A stretch of 64,000 nucleotides of DNA from Vicugna vicugna (taxonomy: Eukaryota), in contig MU058423.1 of NCBI GenBank assembly GCA_013265495.1, forward strand, positions 8,603,627 to 8,667,626, read 5' to 3'. Position numbers and translations under genes: made by a program. The notes beneath the pieces are model-generated. The model saw only the letters and a program-made list of their open reading frames with translations, did no database searches and was not told the DNA's origin. This document shows, piece by piece, positions 24,600 through 37,635 of this stretch (the stretch's first letter is position 1; each line of letters begins with the position of its first letter).

Positions 24600-25635
24600 A
24601 GCTGGGAAGATCTTAACATAGACCCCTGTGGTTCAAGAGCAAGATCACGCCATGAGCAGGGGAGAATTACACACCATTCAGAAGACTGCTCTTGGCATGC
24701 TACCAGGCACACTGGTAAAGACAAAAGGTCTGACTGCGAGACAGTAGGTAACCATCTGGCTAGAGCTGCTCATCATAAGCTGAAATTTGTCAGACCCAGC
24801 AGCAATTCACTGGAAGATGGAAATGGAATATTTGAAAGCAGGCATGAGCATGGGCCAGAGGACACAAGTAAGCTGCATGAGCACGTGTCCCAGACCCACA
24901 CATCACTAAACACCTGCATGGGCCCTCATCCTCACCTTACATCTGTAGCCACTGGTGGGGAGGGGAAGGGTATTCCCTTTGTGATGAGCTGGTGGAGGAT
25001 CAAAAAAACCAAGCTTAGTTTATGGATAGGTTGGTTCATGGTGGGGGGTGCAAGCTAAAAAAAGGCTGCTGCGCACTACAGTCCTATTGAAGGGGGCCCC
25101 GAAATCAGCAGTGAGGGAAAACTCTCCCAACAGGCAGAGCTTTATGGACTAAATACTTTGTGTAGAGTTTGCCCAAAATAAGAATATACATGAACTCATG
25201 GGTAATAGTGAATGGCTTAGCTGCACGTTTAAAGGGCCTATAAAAGACAGACTTGAAGATCAGGGCTAAGAAAGTCTGGAGAAGAGGCATGTGAATGACC
25301 AAAGGAAGTGGATGTAAAATATGAAGATCTCTGTACCACATATCAGCACCCAGTGGGGATCACCTACCACGGAAGGGGCACTAACTACCAAGGAGACAGA
25401 ATGACTCAGCCGGCTGACCTCACCCGGCCGCCGTCTACAGCCATTCGCATGCTTGTACCGTTGGCCCCTGGAGCGGAACTGTTGACAGAGATGAAGGCTT
25501 ATGAGCAGGGCTCATGTGGGCTCCCGTTCACCATGGTTGATCTAGCTATTGCTGCTGTCAGGTGCTCAACCTGCCAGCACCTGGGCCCCACATACAGCCT
25601 CATCCTTAGAAGGGACCCATCAGCCACTTGAAAGC
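24600..25635 (+). mobile_element. ERVL-class internal pol remnant (RNase H to integrase N-terminus), frameshifted
   Basis: Translated motifs ENYTPFRRLLLACY (from 24662), GKLSQQAEL (~25115), IRIYMNSWVIVNGLA (~25178), GLPFTMVDLAIAAVRCSTCQ (ORF 25308-25631) resemble ERVL pol ENYSPFEKQLLACY / GKSSQWAEL / IYTDSWAVANGLA / HGLPLTKADLA..ECPTCQ. Confidence 0.85.
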
Positions 25636-26379
25636 AACAGGCTCAACTGGAGGATCACAGAGTGTCCTTTAGAAACCCATCATGGGACCAAGCTATGATG
25701 CTGGGTTCACACGTGGAAGTTTTGATTTCCATTTGCTAGTCAGATGTTAAAGGCATTTCTTTTTATCTTCCTGATTAACATTTGATATTTAGCTCGATAG
25801 TTTTCACCAGATAAAATGCTGCTGACCCTTGCCCACTAAAATGGAAACCGTCCAATTTGAAATCAGTCATCAGTCAGTCCTCCGTGTGACTAACTTATTG
25901 TGGTTTGATCTGGGTATTAATAAGCCCAAAGTTGAAGTCATTGACCTTTTTTAAAAAGTTTATTTTAAGAAGGCACATTTTATTTTTAGAATATCTGCAC
26001 GGCAGAAGCTAGCTGGTACAAGCCATCCATCTTCTGCTTGCCACTCCAATCCTCAGTCTAACTGGTAGAGTAGGTAGATTTGCTTCTGTACTTGCTCCTC
26101 CTTCTAGCCCTGGGCTATAGAACTCCTTAATGTCATTCCTTGGTGATCCATATTTCTGATGTTGAACTCAAATGAGGTCAGTGGCTACTATTCTTAAGTT
26201 TAACATAATACCAGTGTGCCATGAGAGACATATCTTAGACATCTCAAGCACTCAAAAGGTGTTTGTTGAATGAACTAATATGCATGAGTAGTTTCATAAG
26301 GCATAAGTATTTGTAGAAGCATCAGAAAATATTTTAAAATCACCTGTATCCTCTATTTTCCACACTCCATCAATTATTC

Positions 26380-27185
26380 TTTTACCTTATGAATCTACCT
26401 ACTTCCCTCCAGTTCCACAGCCACCACCCTAGTCTGAACCACTGTCATCAGTCGCTTGCAGTGCTGCTAATTGGTCTTTATGTCCCCTCCAGTGTATCCT
26501 TTACAGGGCAGCCAAGTGATTTTAAAGAGAAAACCTGATCACTTCAAACCCCTGCTTAAAACATTTCAATGGCTGCTCATTGCTTTTGGGAGAAAGACCA
26601 AGATACTTACAGAGCCTTTGAGATCCTCCAGATCTGTCCTCTGCCCATGTCTCTGGCAATGGTGTTTCTAGAGTTCTGTTAAGGCCAGCAACCTGGAAAG
26701 TGAGGTCTGGAGACTTAGAAGCTGTGATTAAGCAGCAAATACTCTACTTTTCCTGTTTATGTGGGTAGCTTGGGGTCCCCTGGGATGTGGCCACTTTCCA
26801 GTTTCACTCCCTTCCCTTCCTCCTCATTCTCACTTAGCGCTCTCTGTGAAAGCTTTGCTAGCTCTGTTTCAGTTCTCAGAATGTCCTGGGCTCTCTTCTT
26901 CTCAGGGTCTTCTTGTTTACCACTCTTTCTACCTAGAGCCATTTCATTGTTCTAAATATTACTCATTCAGTTTTCAGATTAAATGTCATTTCCTCAGGGA
27001 AAATGTCGTTGGACTAGGGCGGTTCCCCCAGTCATAGCCTCTGTTCTTCAAATGTGTAGCCCAGTCTTTTCCATTACATCATAAGCTTTGGGGCGGCAGG
27101 GCAATGTTTGTCTCGTTCACTGCAGTGACCTAGTGCCCAGCTCAGTGCCTGCCTGATTCACTCCACCCATGTTTGTTGAATGAAT
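26380..27185 (+). mobile_element. L2 3' fragment
   Basis: cctgcttaaaacatttcaatggct ... ttaaatgtcatttcctcaggga ... ttcactgcagtgacctagtgcccagc ... tgtttgttgaatgaat. Confidence 0.85.
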
Positions 27186-27339
27186 CAACTGCATTGAAGT
27201 TGGAAGAAACTTTACTGATAATGAGATTGGGTCATAGGATTGTTGGTAGTATTGCTCATGGTCTGATAGCTAATTAACAGCAACCTCAGAAGCGGGATGC
27301 TATAAAGAACACTGATTCTGGACCCAGAAAACTTGACAC

Positions 27340-27475
27340 ATACGAACTCATTTAATCCCCCTACAGCTACACGAAATAGGTTCCATTAAGGTAGCTTACC
27401 CAAGGTCACACAGTGATGAGCGATTGAACCAGGAACTGAACCAATTTAACTCCAGAATTTATAATGTCAACCACT
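27340..27475 (-). mobile_element. MIR fragment
   Basis: aactcatttaatccc ... cttacccaaggtcacacag ... aactccagaatt. Confidence 0.7.
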
Positions 27476-30413
27476 ACCCTACAGTGTCTCTAAGTGGAGG
27501 GGTCATTTCAAACACACTAGTAGAACTGAGAAAACAGACAGAACATGTCCTCATCACAGGCAGAGAGAAAATAAGCAGGTAAAATAAGAAAAGGTAAGGA
27601 TAGTGGTAAGAATTCAAGGGCAGGCAATGCTGAACAGATGATTCTTTTACACTAAATGTATATCTTGTGAGGTTGTGTGTGTTCAAATGTGTCCTGTTAA
27701 TTTGGTAAGCACCATCTGTGCCCCAGTGTAAGGGTGGGGTGTATTTTGCAGCTCAGGAAGTTGAGGGAATAGCAATACTTCAGATCTGATGAAAACAAGC
27801 TTTGTGAGAGCTGCTGACATCCGGGTCCTCCTTCTGTGCGAGACAGTCCCCCACCCCCAGGAATGGAGCTCGAGGCTGTGACATGAGTGGGGCTAACAGA
27901 CCCCTGCTGCACGACACCTCTAACCGAGACACTCCGCAACATTCTCAGAACCAAATGGGAAGAAATGCTGGCGTTTCCGAGAAAAGGGGGAAGAAGGAGG
28001 GAGAGAGGAGACCAGGACAAGGGGTGAAAGAGGACAGAGGAAAGAGAGCTGAGGAGAGACTCGGAAAGACAGGAATGAAGAACAGAGTATGAGACAGGGC
28101 AGCTTTGTAGGAGAGGATTTCACGATTGTCAAAAGAGCTGTCTCAGAGATTTCATTAACTTAGATTGTGAGTGATAGGATTAATGGACTTGGTCTTTATT
28201 AACATTTCTACTGCTGTTTCTAAAACATACTACTTTAAAAAATAGCAATGGCATCTTGATAATCATCATTGTCAATCTCAGTCTGTCTCCTTTAAATGTG
28301 TTGGTTAAAGTTTCATCTTTATGAAGTTGTGACTGTGGACTAGCTCATCACTTCTCTTAGAGCCCCTGCAAGCTTCCTTCTAGAAGCTCTGTGTGTATGT
28401 TGTACCCCAGACCTCAGCACTCTCGGATATCCAGGCGTGTGATACTCTGTGAATTGGGTATAAGAGGGTAGGACTGGATCAGAATGAACTCATCACCATT
28501 TCTTATCTCACTTATCACAAAACTTATCTCACTATCGACTATTTTTGAGTACTAGGGCAGCATGTGCTTATAAAAATGAACACATACTTGCAACTTTTAG
28601 CATAAACCATGAACTGGGTGGACTTCTAGACAACTCAGTTTGAATAGAGCAACATCAGAGAGAGGTGGGATTCTGATTCTAAGAGGGAAAACATAATCGG
28701 GAATTCAGTCAGACGTTAAGAGGAAAAAGCAAAGCTCAGAACGGGAGTGCTGGTCCAGGTGCCACATGTAAACTGGGAGTCGTGCTGTCTTTTCCCACGT
28801 CCCCTCTAATAACATAGATGTCATGTGTGGTACAGTTGGTGTATTTCACAGGTGAATACTCTCATCCTATAAAAACATCCTGAGACTGTGGAATATGAGT
28901 TCTGACAAAAATCTCAAAGATTATTATCTTTTTTTTCCTCTACCCAGGGAGGGCTCAATTTTTACATCTCACCTTTAGCAATGTATGCCATGAAGAACTA
29001 ATAAGATGAAGTAAGATGAAAGCAGTATCCATATATAAAGCCAAGCGTAGATCATAAAGTGCTAATTTCTTCATTTAAATTATATTGTTCATTTTTAACA
29101 GAGTGGCTAAAAGATTTAAAATCTGACATTACATTTCTTTGGAATCAACCTGGAAGCCTCAGAATTTGTCTTAATACGTTCTCTTTGTATTCCAAATTTC
29201 CTTCATAATGGAATGCATATTTGAAATCTGTTTGGTCTATTTGCCAGTTTATTTTGTATTGACCTGATTTCAGTATAGTAGATTTTTTTTTGCATATTTA
29301 ACTAGTTCTTGACATGTTACGAAACAGAATATCCCCCAGTCAAATCTGCTACAATTATGATTTTTACTTCTGTTTTATACAGAAGCTAGGTTATTAACAA
29401 ATTTACTCTAGTCCACTCATGTCAAAAATTGATTTAGTAAATATCAGTAATTGATTTATTCCAAACTTATTTTATCTCTCTTTCTCTATATAGATGGATA
29501 GGTAGCCCACTACTATTTAATACACATTAGCAAGCTTCCTGGAGTTCTTTATGACAATTACACGTCACTTTAATCTTACATACAATGAGTCAACCTTCCT
29601 TATTTTTCTATTCAGTTGTCATCACTATAACAGTCCTACTTACTTTCTTGAATATATTTTCTTCCTTCTGTTTCTTTTCTTTCATTTTATCTTCCGGTGT
29701 GATCTATTTTTATTTTTCTCCTATTCATTTGAACTTTACTGATCTTGAACTTGGTTATGTTTAGTCCTCACATATGTACTTTCCATCTAGAGAAGGATGC
29801 TAGTTTCTAAAGATCACTTATGTTGTATCGTTGTGTTTGGGCCTGCTCTAAGTATGAGATTAATTTAAACAAGAATTAGTTGATTATCACAGGTAATATA
29901 TATAATTCCCACCGGTAACTATTCGACCTTTGTGATACTCAGGGGCTAAAATGCTTGCTCAGGAAAAAAAGAAATTAAATCCATAGGTATAAATAACATT
30001 TAGATTAAAATATAGCCATGTAAATCGACTCACAAGCAGGACATTGTACCAGTTCCTACAAGATGCTCTGTGGCTCCAACTGTGGTTTGAGGTACCAGCA
30101 AATACTGAATCTGCACTGCAGTCCTGGCTCTGCAGAGCTTCCCTCACATCTCCAGCAATTCAGCGATTATTCAAATCTTTGTCAGTAGAACGGTGGGAGC
30201 TTGTGCAACAACTCACTGAGGCATCACCTTAGGGGCTGAGCCCATGGTTTGGGGGACAGGTCTGCCCACTGTCCTGCTGTGGTCATCATGTCTGGAAAGA
30301 TAACCATGTTTCAGAATCAGGCTGTCCCATTTTGTTACTGACTTGCCTAGCAAGTCTTTCTGAACGTTAGAACTTCTGCCTCTCTGCACCTCTGGTACCT
30401 GACCACTCTCAAC

Positions 30414-30451
30414 GTGTGTGTGTGAGAGTGTGTGTGTGTGTGTGTGTGTGT
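30414..30451. repeat. (TG)n microsatellite
   Basis: Directly visible. Confidence 0.95.
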
Positions 30452-31717
30452 TAATGTGAATTAACCTACTAGCTCTGAACTTCTCAACATGCTTTTCTAC
30501 AGTCCTTTTTTTGGGCATTTGATCTTCTGATTATTCTGATAACTGCGTATCATCAATTCGCCTTAATATCCAGGAACTTAAACATCTGACTCTTCTGTCC
30601 CTGAAAAAGCATAGGTCCAGCTTGATACTTTATTTTTAATGAACCACACAGATAATATGAGTCATTTGGGACGGAGGGGTAAAACTGTGCACTTTGCTAG
30701 ACATTTCCCCCCTTTCTGCATCCGTCCTGCCATGACTGGCTTTGTGTGTCTCATCACCCTTCTCATCTTCCTGTGGTCAGAGCGGCTCCCATTTGGACTG
30801 AACTACTGAAAGGAACATAGATGTTGGGCAGCTGAGTTGAGCCCATTCTCCTCCTCGGTACTACGTTGAGAACTAAGGAAATTAGTCTGAGTTGTTTGTT
30901 GTGAATCACTATGTTCCTAAGGTCAACAACTATCTTTACAAATTGCTGTTTCAACATAATTTGACAAAACTCGCAAGTGACCATAGCTAATAATTACTCT
31001 AACAGCAAACATTTTGTTTCTAGCCTGGAATGAGAGAGGAATGGGAAATATAAATCAGCGTGGCTGTCTTTACGTAACTGAACCGCAAACACCAGTTCAG
31101 CCTCAGCATCCCCTCACTTTCCAGCAGTTGTTATAAACACAGCCTTCTTTTTCCTAATGAATTACCAGACTGCCTCTACAGTGCTGCTCATTCTCTTATA
31201 GGTCTGGTTCCAGCATTGTGTTCTGTTTGTTTTACTCTAGCTGTTTGGTGGTTCTAAGAGGATCTACTTAGAAGAGTCTTAGCATTCATAGGTTTAATAT
31301 TTAGGAATATGAAAACCCATGGAAACTATTGATAAGTAGGTGTTAGTAACAATGGAAATATTTCGAGTAATTAGCTTTTTCCTTCTTCATCATGTTCAGC
31401 GAATGCACAGCAGACAGTATTTTGTTCCCAGGCTTGTTACCTGCAGAATTATTCCTCGGGGAAATGCTGTCATTTCACTGCAATATGTCACCACTAATGG
31501 GGCATGGAGAGAGCATGGCTAAATAATTACTGGTCTGCTCATCTCAGGAGGGCCTCCTCTCTCTCTGTCTTACAGTAAAGTCTGGCAAAAGTCTGTTTAC
31601 TTCATCAACGTAAGGAACGTATAGAATCATGCAAACTAACTGAAGAGATAGATTCTTGTAAGTGGCCAAATTTAGTTGTTCTTTATTCCAAAGCAATTAA
31701 TTTTATTTCAGGTGCAA

Positions 31718-32133
31718 TGATAGTGGGAGTCATTACTGCTATTTGCCAAATATTCTTGTTTCTGCCCCATTCTGGGCACACAGTAGACTCACAATTCTCT
31801 GCTCTTTATTGCCAGGAAGAGAATCATGTGAATTCTGTACAATGAGCTGTAAGTAAAATATACCTCATTTCTGGGTTAGGATGCTTGGTCTTCACAGTGA
31901 GACTCTCCAGATCTTTCTCTTTCCTTCTGTATGATGACAGATATTAAAAAGAAAATAATGTCTGTCCCATCAATCTGGGTCCCTGAGTGACTGGGATGAA
32001 CTGAATCCCTCAATCCTGCCCCACTGCCCACAGATGGATATGGAACAGGGGCAAGGAATAAATCTTTCTCGTTTTAAGCCACTGAGCTTTTAGAGTTGAT
32101 TGGTTCTCTAACCTGCCTTCACTGATGTCTACA
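31718..32133 (+). mobile_element. MLT1I-like MaLR solo LTR
   Basis: ctgggcacacagtag ... ctgggtccctgagtgact ... gaataaatctttctcgttttaagccactgag, the MLT1H/I/J tail. Confidence 0.8.
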
Positions 32134-33099
32134 CTCATGCAGAAGTAAAGTTAGAAATTACTAGTTGGATGTAACAGAAGGAGGAAAATACCTCAGGGCA
32201 GTGCCTGTCTGACCGTGGAGATTGTCGGACAACTTGCCTCCAATTTCAACCATCTTTACTTGGTGTGAACTCACATTAAAATTCCTTTCATAGTAGCATC
32301 CTTCAGTGCTGCGTGCCACTAATAGCATGCTTCTCAGACAGCTTCCCAGGAGGGCTCTACGCGCAAGATAACATGGAAAGGCCTAAAAATAACGTGGTTA
32401 AAATATGTTGATGCTTTGAAGTGAGCTCTCTGCAACTTCTAAATTTATTTCAACTCATCACACTGTTGCTTTGCAACCTACTGGGGTTCTTTCTGGGTAT
32501 AACCATCCTGGTCCTGGGTACTCCGGCACCCCGAGGGCAGGAAGAGACCGCAGGAGGAGGCATGTCATTCCAGGTTGGTAGGTGGGAGTGGTTAATAAAC
32601 AAGGGAACTTATATACAAGGCTTGTTTTAGGTGGCCGCAAGTTGAGTGGATCTCCACATCCACCACCAGAATCTTAAAAAGTTTATGTAGAGAATTTAAC
32701 TGTGTTCAGTCACGTACATAGACCAGACGGTCTCATCACCACGTTATCATCTCAAGGCTGGATCCTTGGGGCAGCATCTGGGAGTGGAGAAGGCAAGGGT
32801 AACGCACATTCCAAGGACAGGGGCGAAGAGCCCCCAGCTGCCTGGGTCCAGCTTGCGGCTCAAACCAGCAATCACATCCCTTGATTCACATCTCTTGGTG
32901 ACTTTCACCATCACACACTCAGCCCAATGGTGGCGACAATCATGTAAAATACATCTTCATACTCAAGGGCCCAAATCTATGGGTGAAAAAAACATTTTTT
33001 TTCTAAGTATACCGTGCTGTGGACTTAAATACATTTTCTCAGTGAATCCTTTAAACTTTCTTGTGACCTGACACTGTGATCTCTGGGAACTGATGGTGT

Positions 33100-33315
33100 T
33101 GACAATTTATTACACGTACAAGGCATTATGCTAGGCACTTTGTTTACATTGGCTTGTTTACCACAGCAAGTTCATGAAGAGAAAGCTGAGACACAGAATT
33201 TGGAAGAGTTTTCCAAAGAAACACAGGAGCAAGTGACAGATATGGGATTCACACTCAGGTCTATTTTCAAAGTCCCTAAGTGCTCCATTCTGTGGAGGAG
33301 TTATGCTCATTAGGA
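33100..33315 (-). mobile_element. MIR SINE
   Basis: aatttatt ... aggcattatgctaggcacttt ... gagaaagctgagacacaga ... gggattcacactcaggtct. Confidence 0.75.
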
Positions 33316-34049
33316 CTTTAGCCTCTGTTGGGAAGATGACTAACACAGACATTTCCTGACACGAAACCGAGAAAACCTCTGGCAAAGTTAAGTAAACATA
33401 GCCAGTAAGTTCCTTTCCTAAAACACTGTTCCTCTGAGATTTTCCCCATTGTCCATCGATTGCAACCACAACCTCTGTTCAGTGGTATGAGTACTCATTA
33501 ACTTCATTTAACAAGCAATTATTACACAGTAACTAAGGGCCAGGTATCTTTATCCCTTTTTCTGTGCCTGGGGTCTCTGCTGCTCTTGTATCTGCCCACG
33601 GTCTTCTCTTAATTTAGTGTCTTTAAATCTTTCCCTCTCGTTTACTCAGCTTGTACCTGGGACTGACAGTGTAGTTGTACGAGAATATTTTTTGGCAGTT
33701 CAGGAAGAACATCCTTTCATCTTTACTTGCAGGTGATTATTTCTCCGAACTTAATTAGACCCATAAAATGTAAGCAGGCCACTGGAGACGCTCAGACATG
33801 ATGAGAGGAAATTTAGGATGTAGACTCAAGAGATGCGAGGGCTATAAAGACAGAAGAGGCATCCCTGACCTGGGTAAAATCTTTTTATTTATGCTCAGGT
33901 TTCTGCTGTGTGTTTCCCGAATATGTCTCTTCCTGTAAGTATGTCGCTCTGCAATCGTCTCTGCCAGCCCTTCCTCAGGCTTGGTGGTTTCTCTGTTCTC
34001 ATCACTATTTGCTTAGTTTCAGCCGGAATCTCTTCACTCTGGTTCATTT

Positions 34050-34680
34050 TCTGCATCGAAGTCTGAATTTGCATCCTGAAGCATAAATCTAGTCATGTTC
34101 CTTCCGCCCTTCAAATGTTTGCTGGCTCCCCACTACCCACGGGGGGACATAATCAAGCCCCGTGGCCTGCCATGCAAGACACTTTGCAGCTCAGCTCAGT
34201 CCCAGCTTCCTTCGTGACCCTTCTTTCCTGACATTTCACTCTGAACCTCTTTCCTTCCCCCATTTCCATCTCACCCCACCACTTGGCAGGTTAATCAAAG
34301 AACAAGTCTCTCTTCCCGGAATATCCTATGACTTTTCAGGTCTATGTGATTTGGAAGCTGGCTTGAATGCCTTTCCTTTGACTTTTCTATCTAGAAAACT
34401 CACACTTACTCTTCCAACCCAGTACAAATGTCACCTGTTTGGTAAAGTCTTTCCCAGCTGCCCCAGGCAAAGTACATCAGCCTCTTTATGGGACCAGCAA
34501 AGCACTTTGTTTCCATTTACAGCATGGACTTCACTGTGTTATAACTTATCTGTTCATATGTCTCTCTTTTCTACTAAATTGGGAACAGGTTCTATAGTGT
34601 CTTAGGCATTGTCGTATTTCCTATGACTTGTATAATGCTCAGCACAGAGCAAATCTTCAAAAATGATCACTGAATGAAAG
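34050..34680 (+). mobile_element. L2 3' fragment
   Basis: tggctccccactaccc ... aaatgtcacctgtttgg ... gctcagcacagagc ... ctgaatgaa. Confidence 0.75.
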
Positions 34681-36027
34681 GAGGAGGTTTTCTCCCTTAG
34701 TATGTAAATTATCAGTCCAAAATGATAACTCAGTCACAAGAGACAGACTTGTGGTCCCATCACAGTAACCTCTGTCTCTGATAACCGAGTTTCAGCAGGT
34801 GTTCCACTGAAACAAGACAGGCCGTTCTCTCACGGAGCTGGACACAAATACCTAGGTAAGAAGCGTTGCTATTTTGGGCAACCTGTCATCTCCCACTTGT
34901 CCCCAGAGCAGTCGCAGAAGGAGCTTTGTGCCGGCACTGATGTCTTGGGCATTTAAGCTCTGCGAGCCGCCACTGCCTCTCCTCTTCCCGCCGCCCGCAG
35001 GCCTCCGAGCAGGCTCTCCGCGTTGTGTGCGGGGTCCTGGCCCAGGGCACGTCAAGGCAGACGGCGCAGTCCTCATGCAAGGTTTTGACAGATAAGCTTG
35101 CTAGCTCCAGGTTCACAGAAGACTTCTCTCCCTTGGTGTATGAATATTCAATTACATCAACACTCACACAAAATCCTTGCCCAGAGAAAGGAATATACAG
35201 CAAGAAGGGGAAAACCACACGCATCTTCAGTCATTTACGTTGGACACAGTCCTAGAAAAATCTGCTTCCATACATGATCCTTTTCCCAACCACAAAGGCC
35301 CAATTTAAAATCTATTTGGTTCTGGAAGCTTCCTCCACTGCTCAACCCCAGCTGCAGAATGAGATAGACTCTGAGTTGCTCTTTGAAAGGGTTCAAAACT
35401 TACCAGTGTCAATATTTTTCCAGGGACCGCCAGTTATGCTAATGTGTCACTGCCAGAATTCATTTATCAGTCATCTGTGAGCTCTCCCCCAACCCCGTAG
35501 ACAGATCTATTTACGTGCTCATACTCCAGTGACAGAGAACAGACGGGCTGACTCACTCTGCTGTAGCCGTGCACCGTCAACAGTTTGCTTTAACTTAGCT
35601 AATTAAACTTCAGAATTAGATAGCTGATTGTATTCTCCGCACACATGGCCAGAGTATTTGGAAACATACTGTTATCGCCATCCTAACAGCTATCCTAGTT
35701 TATTTCATGTTTATGGCTCGTCATTCCTACACTCACAGTTTTAAATAGCAAGCAGGGGTGGAGGTCATTTAATCAGTTCGGCTTATAAAAATATGCCCCC
35801 AAACTGTGCTGATTCATCAGCGTGTTAATGTCACGACACATACATGCATACACAGCCCGAGTTCCCTGCTAAGAAAAATTGGAAGATGAGATTTTTTTTC
35901 TCTTTCAAAAGTTTTTTCAATATATATGGTGAAAAAGATGAAAGACATGGTTGGTGTCTTTTGTTGTCTAGTACAAATTCATATTAGATCTTAGTATAGC
36001 ATTTGGGTTATTAAAACTGACATTCCT

Positions 36028-36362
36028 GACACTAATGAACTCATCTACAAAACAGAAACAGACTCACAGACACAGTAAACAATTTTGTGGTTACTGGGGG
36101 AAAGGGGGAAGGGATAGATTTGGGAGTTCGAAATTTGCAAAGGTTAACCACTGTATATAAACATAGATTAAAAAACACAAATTTTTTCTGTACAGCACAG
36201 GGCTAACTATACTCAATATTTTGTATTAACCTTTAATGAAAAAGAATATGAAAGTGAATATATGTGTGTATATATATACGTGCATGACTGGAACATTATG
36301 CTGTACACCAGAGACTGACACATTGTAACTGGCTGTACTTCAATGAAAATAAATAAATAAAA
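36028..36362 (+). mobile_element. 5'-truncated younger L1 3'-UTR, camelid-like
   Basis: gacactaatgaactcatctacaaaacagaaacagactcacagac ... gcatgactggaacattatgctgtacaccagagactgacacattgtaactggctgtacttcaat plus A-rich tail; TT/AAAA site at 36011; degenerate TSD aaaactgacatt / aaaaccaccatt. Confidence 0.9.
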
Positions 36363-37635
36363 CCACCATTGCCGAAACAATTTTTACATTCAAAGTAAAA
36401 TAGCAAACTGGGAGTTGGCGTGCCTACATTACAGGCCCAGGGAGACTAGGTTTCGAGATTCTGGAATCTTTAGCTTTACAAAATTTCATTTTCATAGCTT
36501 TAAAATGAGGGGGTTGAACCTAAAATAGTGTTCACCTTCTTCTTATTTCTCCTCTGCTCCTTCTCTTCCTCTTTTTCCTCTTCTGCTGTTTCTTCTTCAT
36601 TTTGTCACCAAACTGGGAGAGTCAGCAGAATCGTATACAACTCCAGTTACACATGTAACCGGAAGAACAGAATTCCTCCTGACTTTCCCCTGGGGGTGTT
36701 GCATGTACCGGCCTCATAAATGCATATGTTCTCCCTTCAGCTCACAGAGTGTGAATATGCCTTGCCTGGAAATGCTATTCGGTCTAAAGTTGGTGAGAAC
36801 TATCATTTCACAGTTTCTGTCAGCTCTTTGATAAGTAGATGGATTTGAAACAGCTTAGAAACCAGAACATAACAAAATGGCTAGCAGGGGGGTGCAACTA
36901 AGTCGTTTGCTCACCCTGTGGGGGGCTGTTCCTTTCGCAGGCAGGGGTCTGCACAAGTTCTCTTGTATGTCGGGCAAAGCTTTCTTCTTAAAGTACGGAA
37001 TTAGGTTACACTGTTTCCAAGAATGTGTCTCTGGGAGATGGTCTTGTTCCTCTGTCTCATGCTAGCGGGAGATTTTAAAGGGATCGCATCCCAGACTCCC
37101 TCATTAAAGGCCCATCAATGGGTTGGCTGCACGGAATAAATCTATCTTAGGAAATTGCATTGGAAGGGATTTTATATTCCACAAATTGTCTCTTGGGGGA
37201 AGGAGATAAACTCTGATGTAACTAAATGTCCGCCTCTGAATCTCCATACATTTTGGACAACTTAACCTCAGTCCTTTCTGTGTGCCTTCCTTCGAAACCC
37301 CGTAATCTCAGGTTTGCGGAGGGCTGTCGTGCACAGAGTGTGTGGAGAGAGAAGCTTATCTGGGTCTGATCATTTGTCCATTACCCTGTTTCTCTTTCCT
37401 TTCTCCCCAGTCCAGGGGAATCTCTGGTGATTGAACGGGCAAGAACCCACTTGACAGCCTCACTCAGATACTTAACAAACACCTTGAACTTCACACATAA
37501 CAAATCAAGGCTTCTGGGTTTAGTTCCTCAAAATGCTACTTCTTCAATGTTCCCCATCTCAGAAAATGGCACTTCCTCCCATTCAGAGTCATCCTTGACT
37601 CCCCTTTTGTCCTCATCCTCCTTAGGCCAAGTCTT

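Noticed and set aside
30027..30121. Possible minus-strand exon ending in a gtgagt donor
   Set aside because: The acceptor lacks a polypyrimidine tract and the translations resemble nothing known to me.
35650..35748. Hydrophobic reading frame (WKHTVIAILTAILVYFMFMAR) suggesting a transmembrane micropeptide or numt
   Set aside because: No in-frame ATG upstream of the hydrophobic stretch, no clear splice acceptor, and no match to a mitochondrial gene I can recognise.
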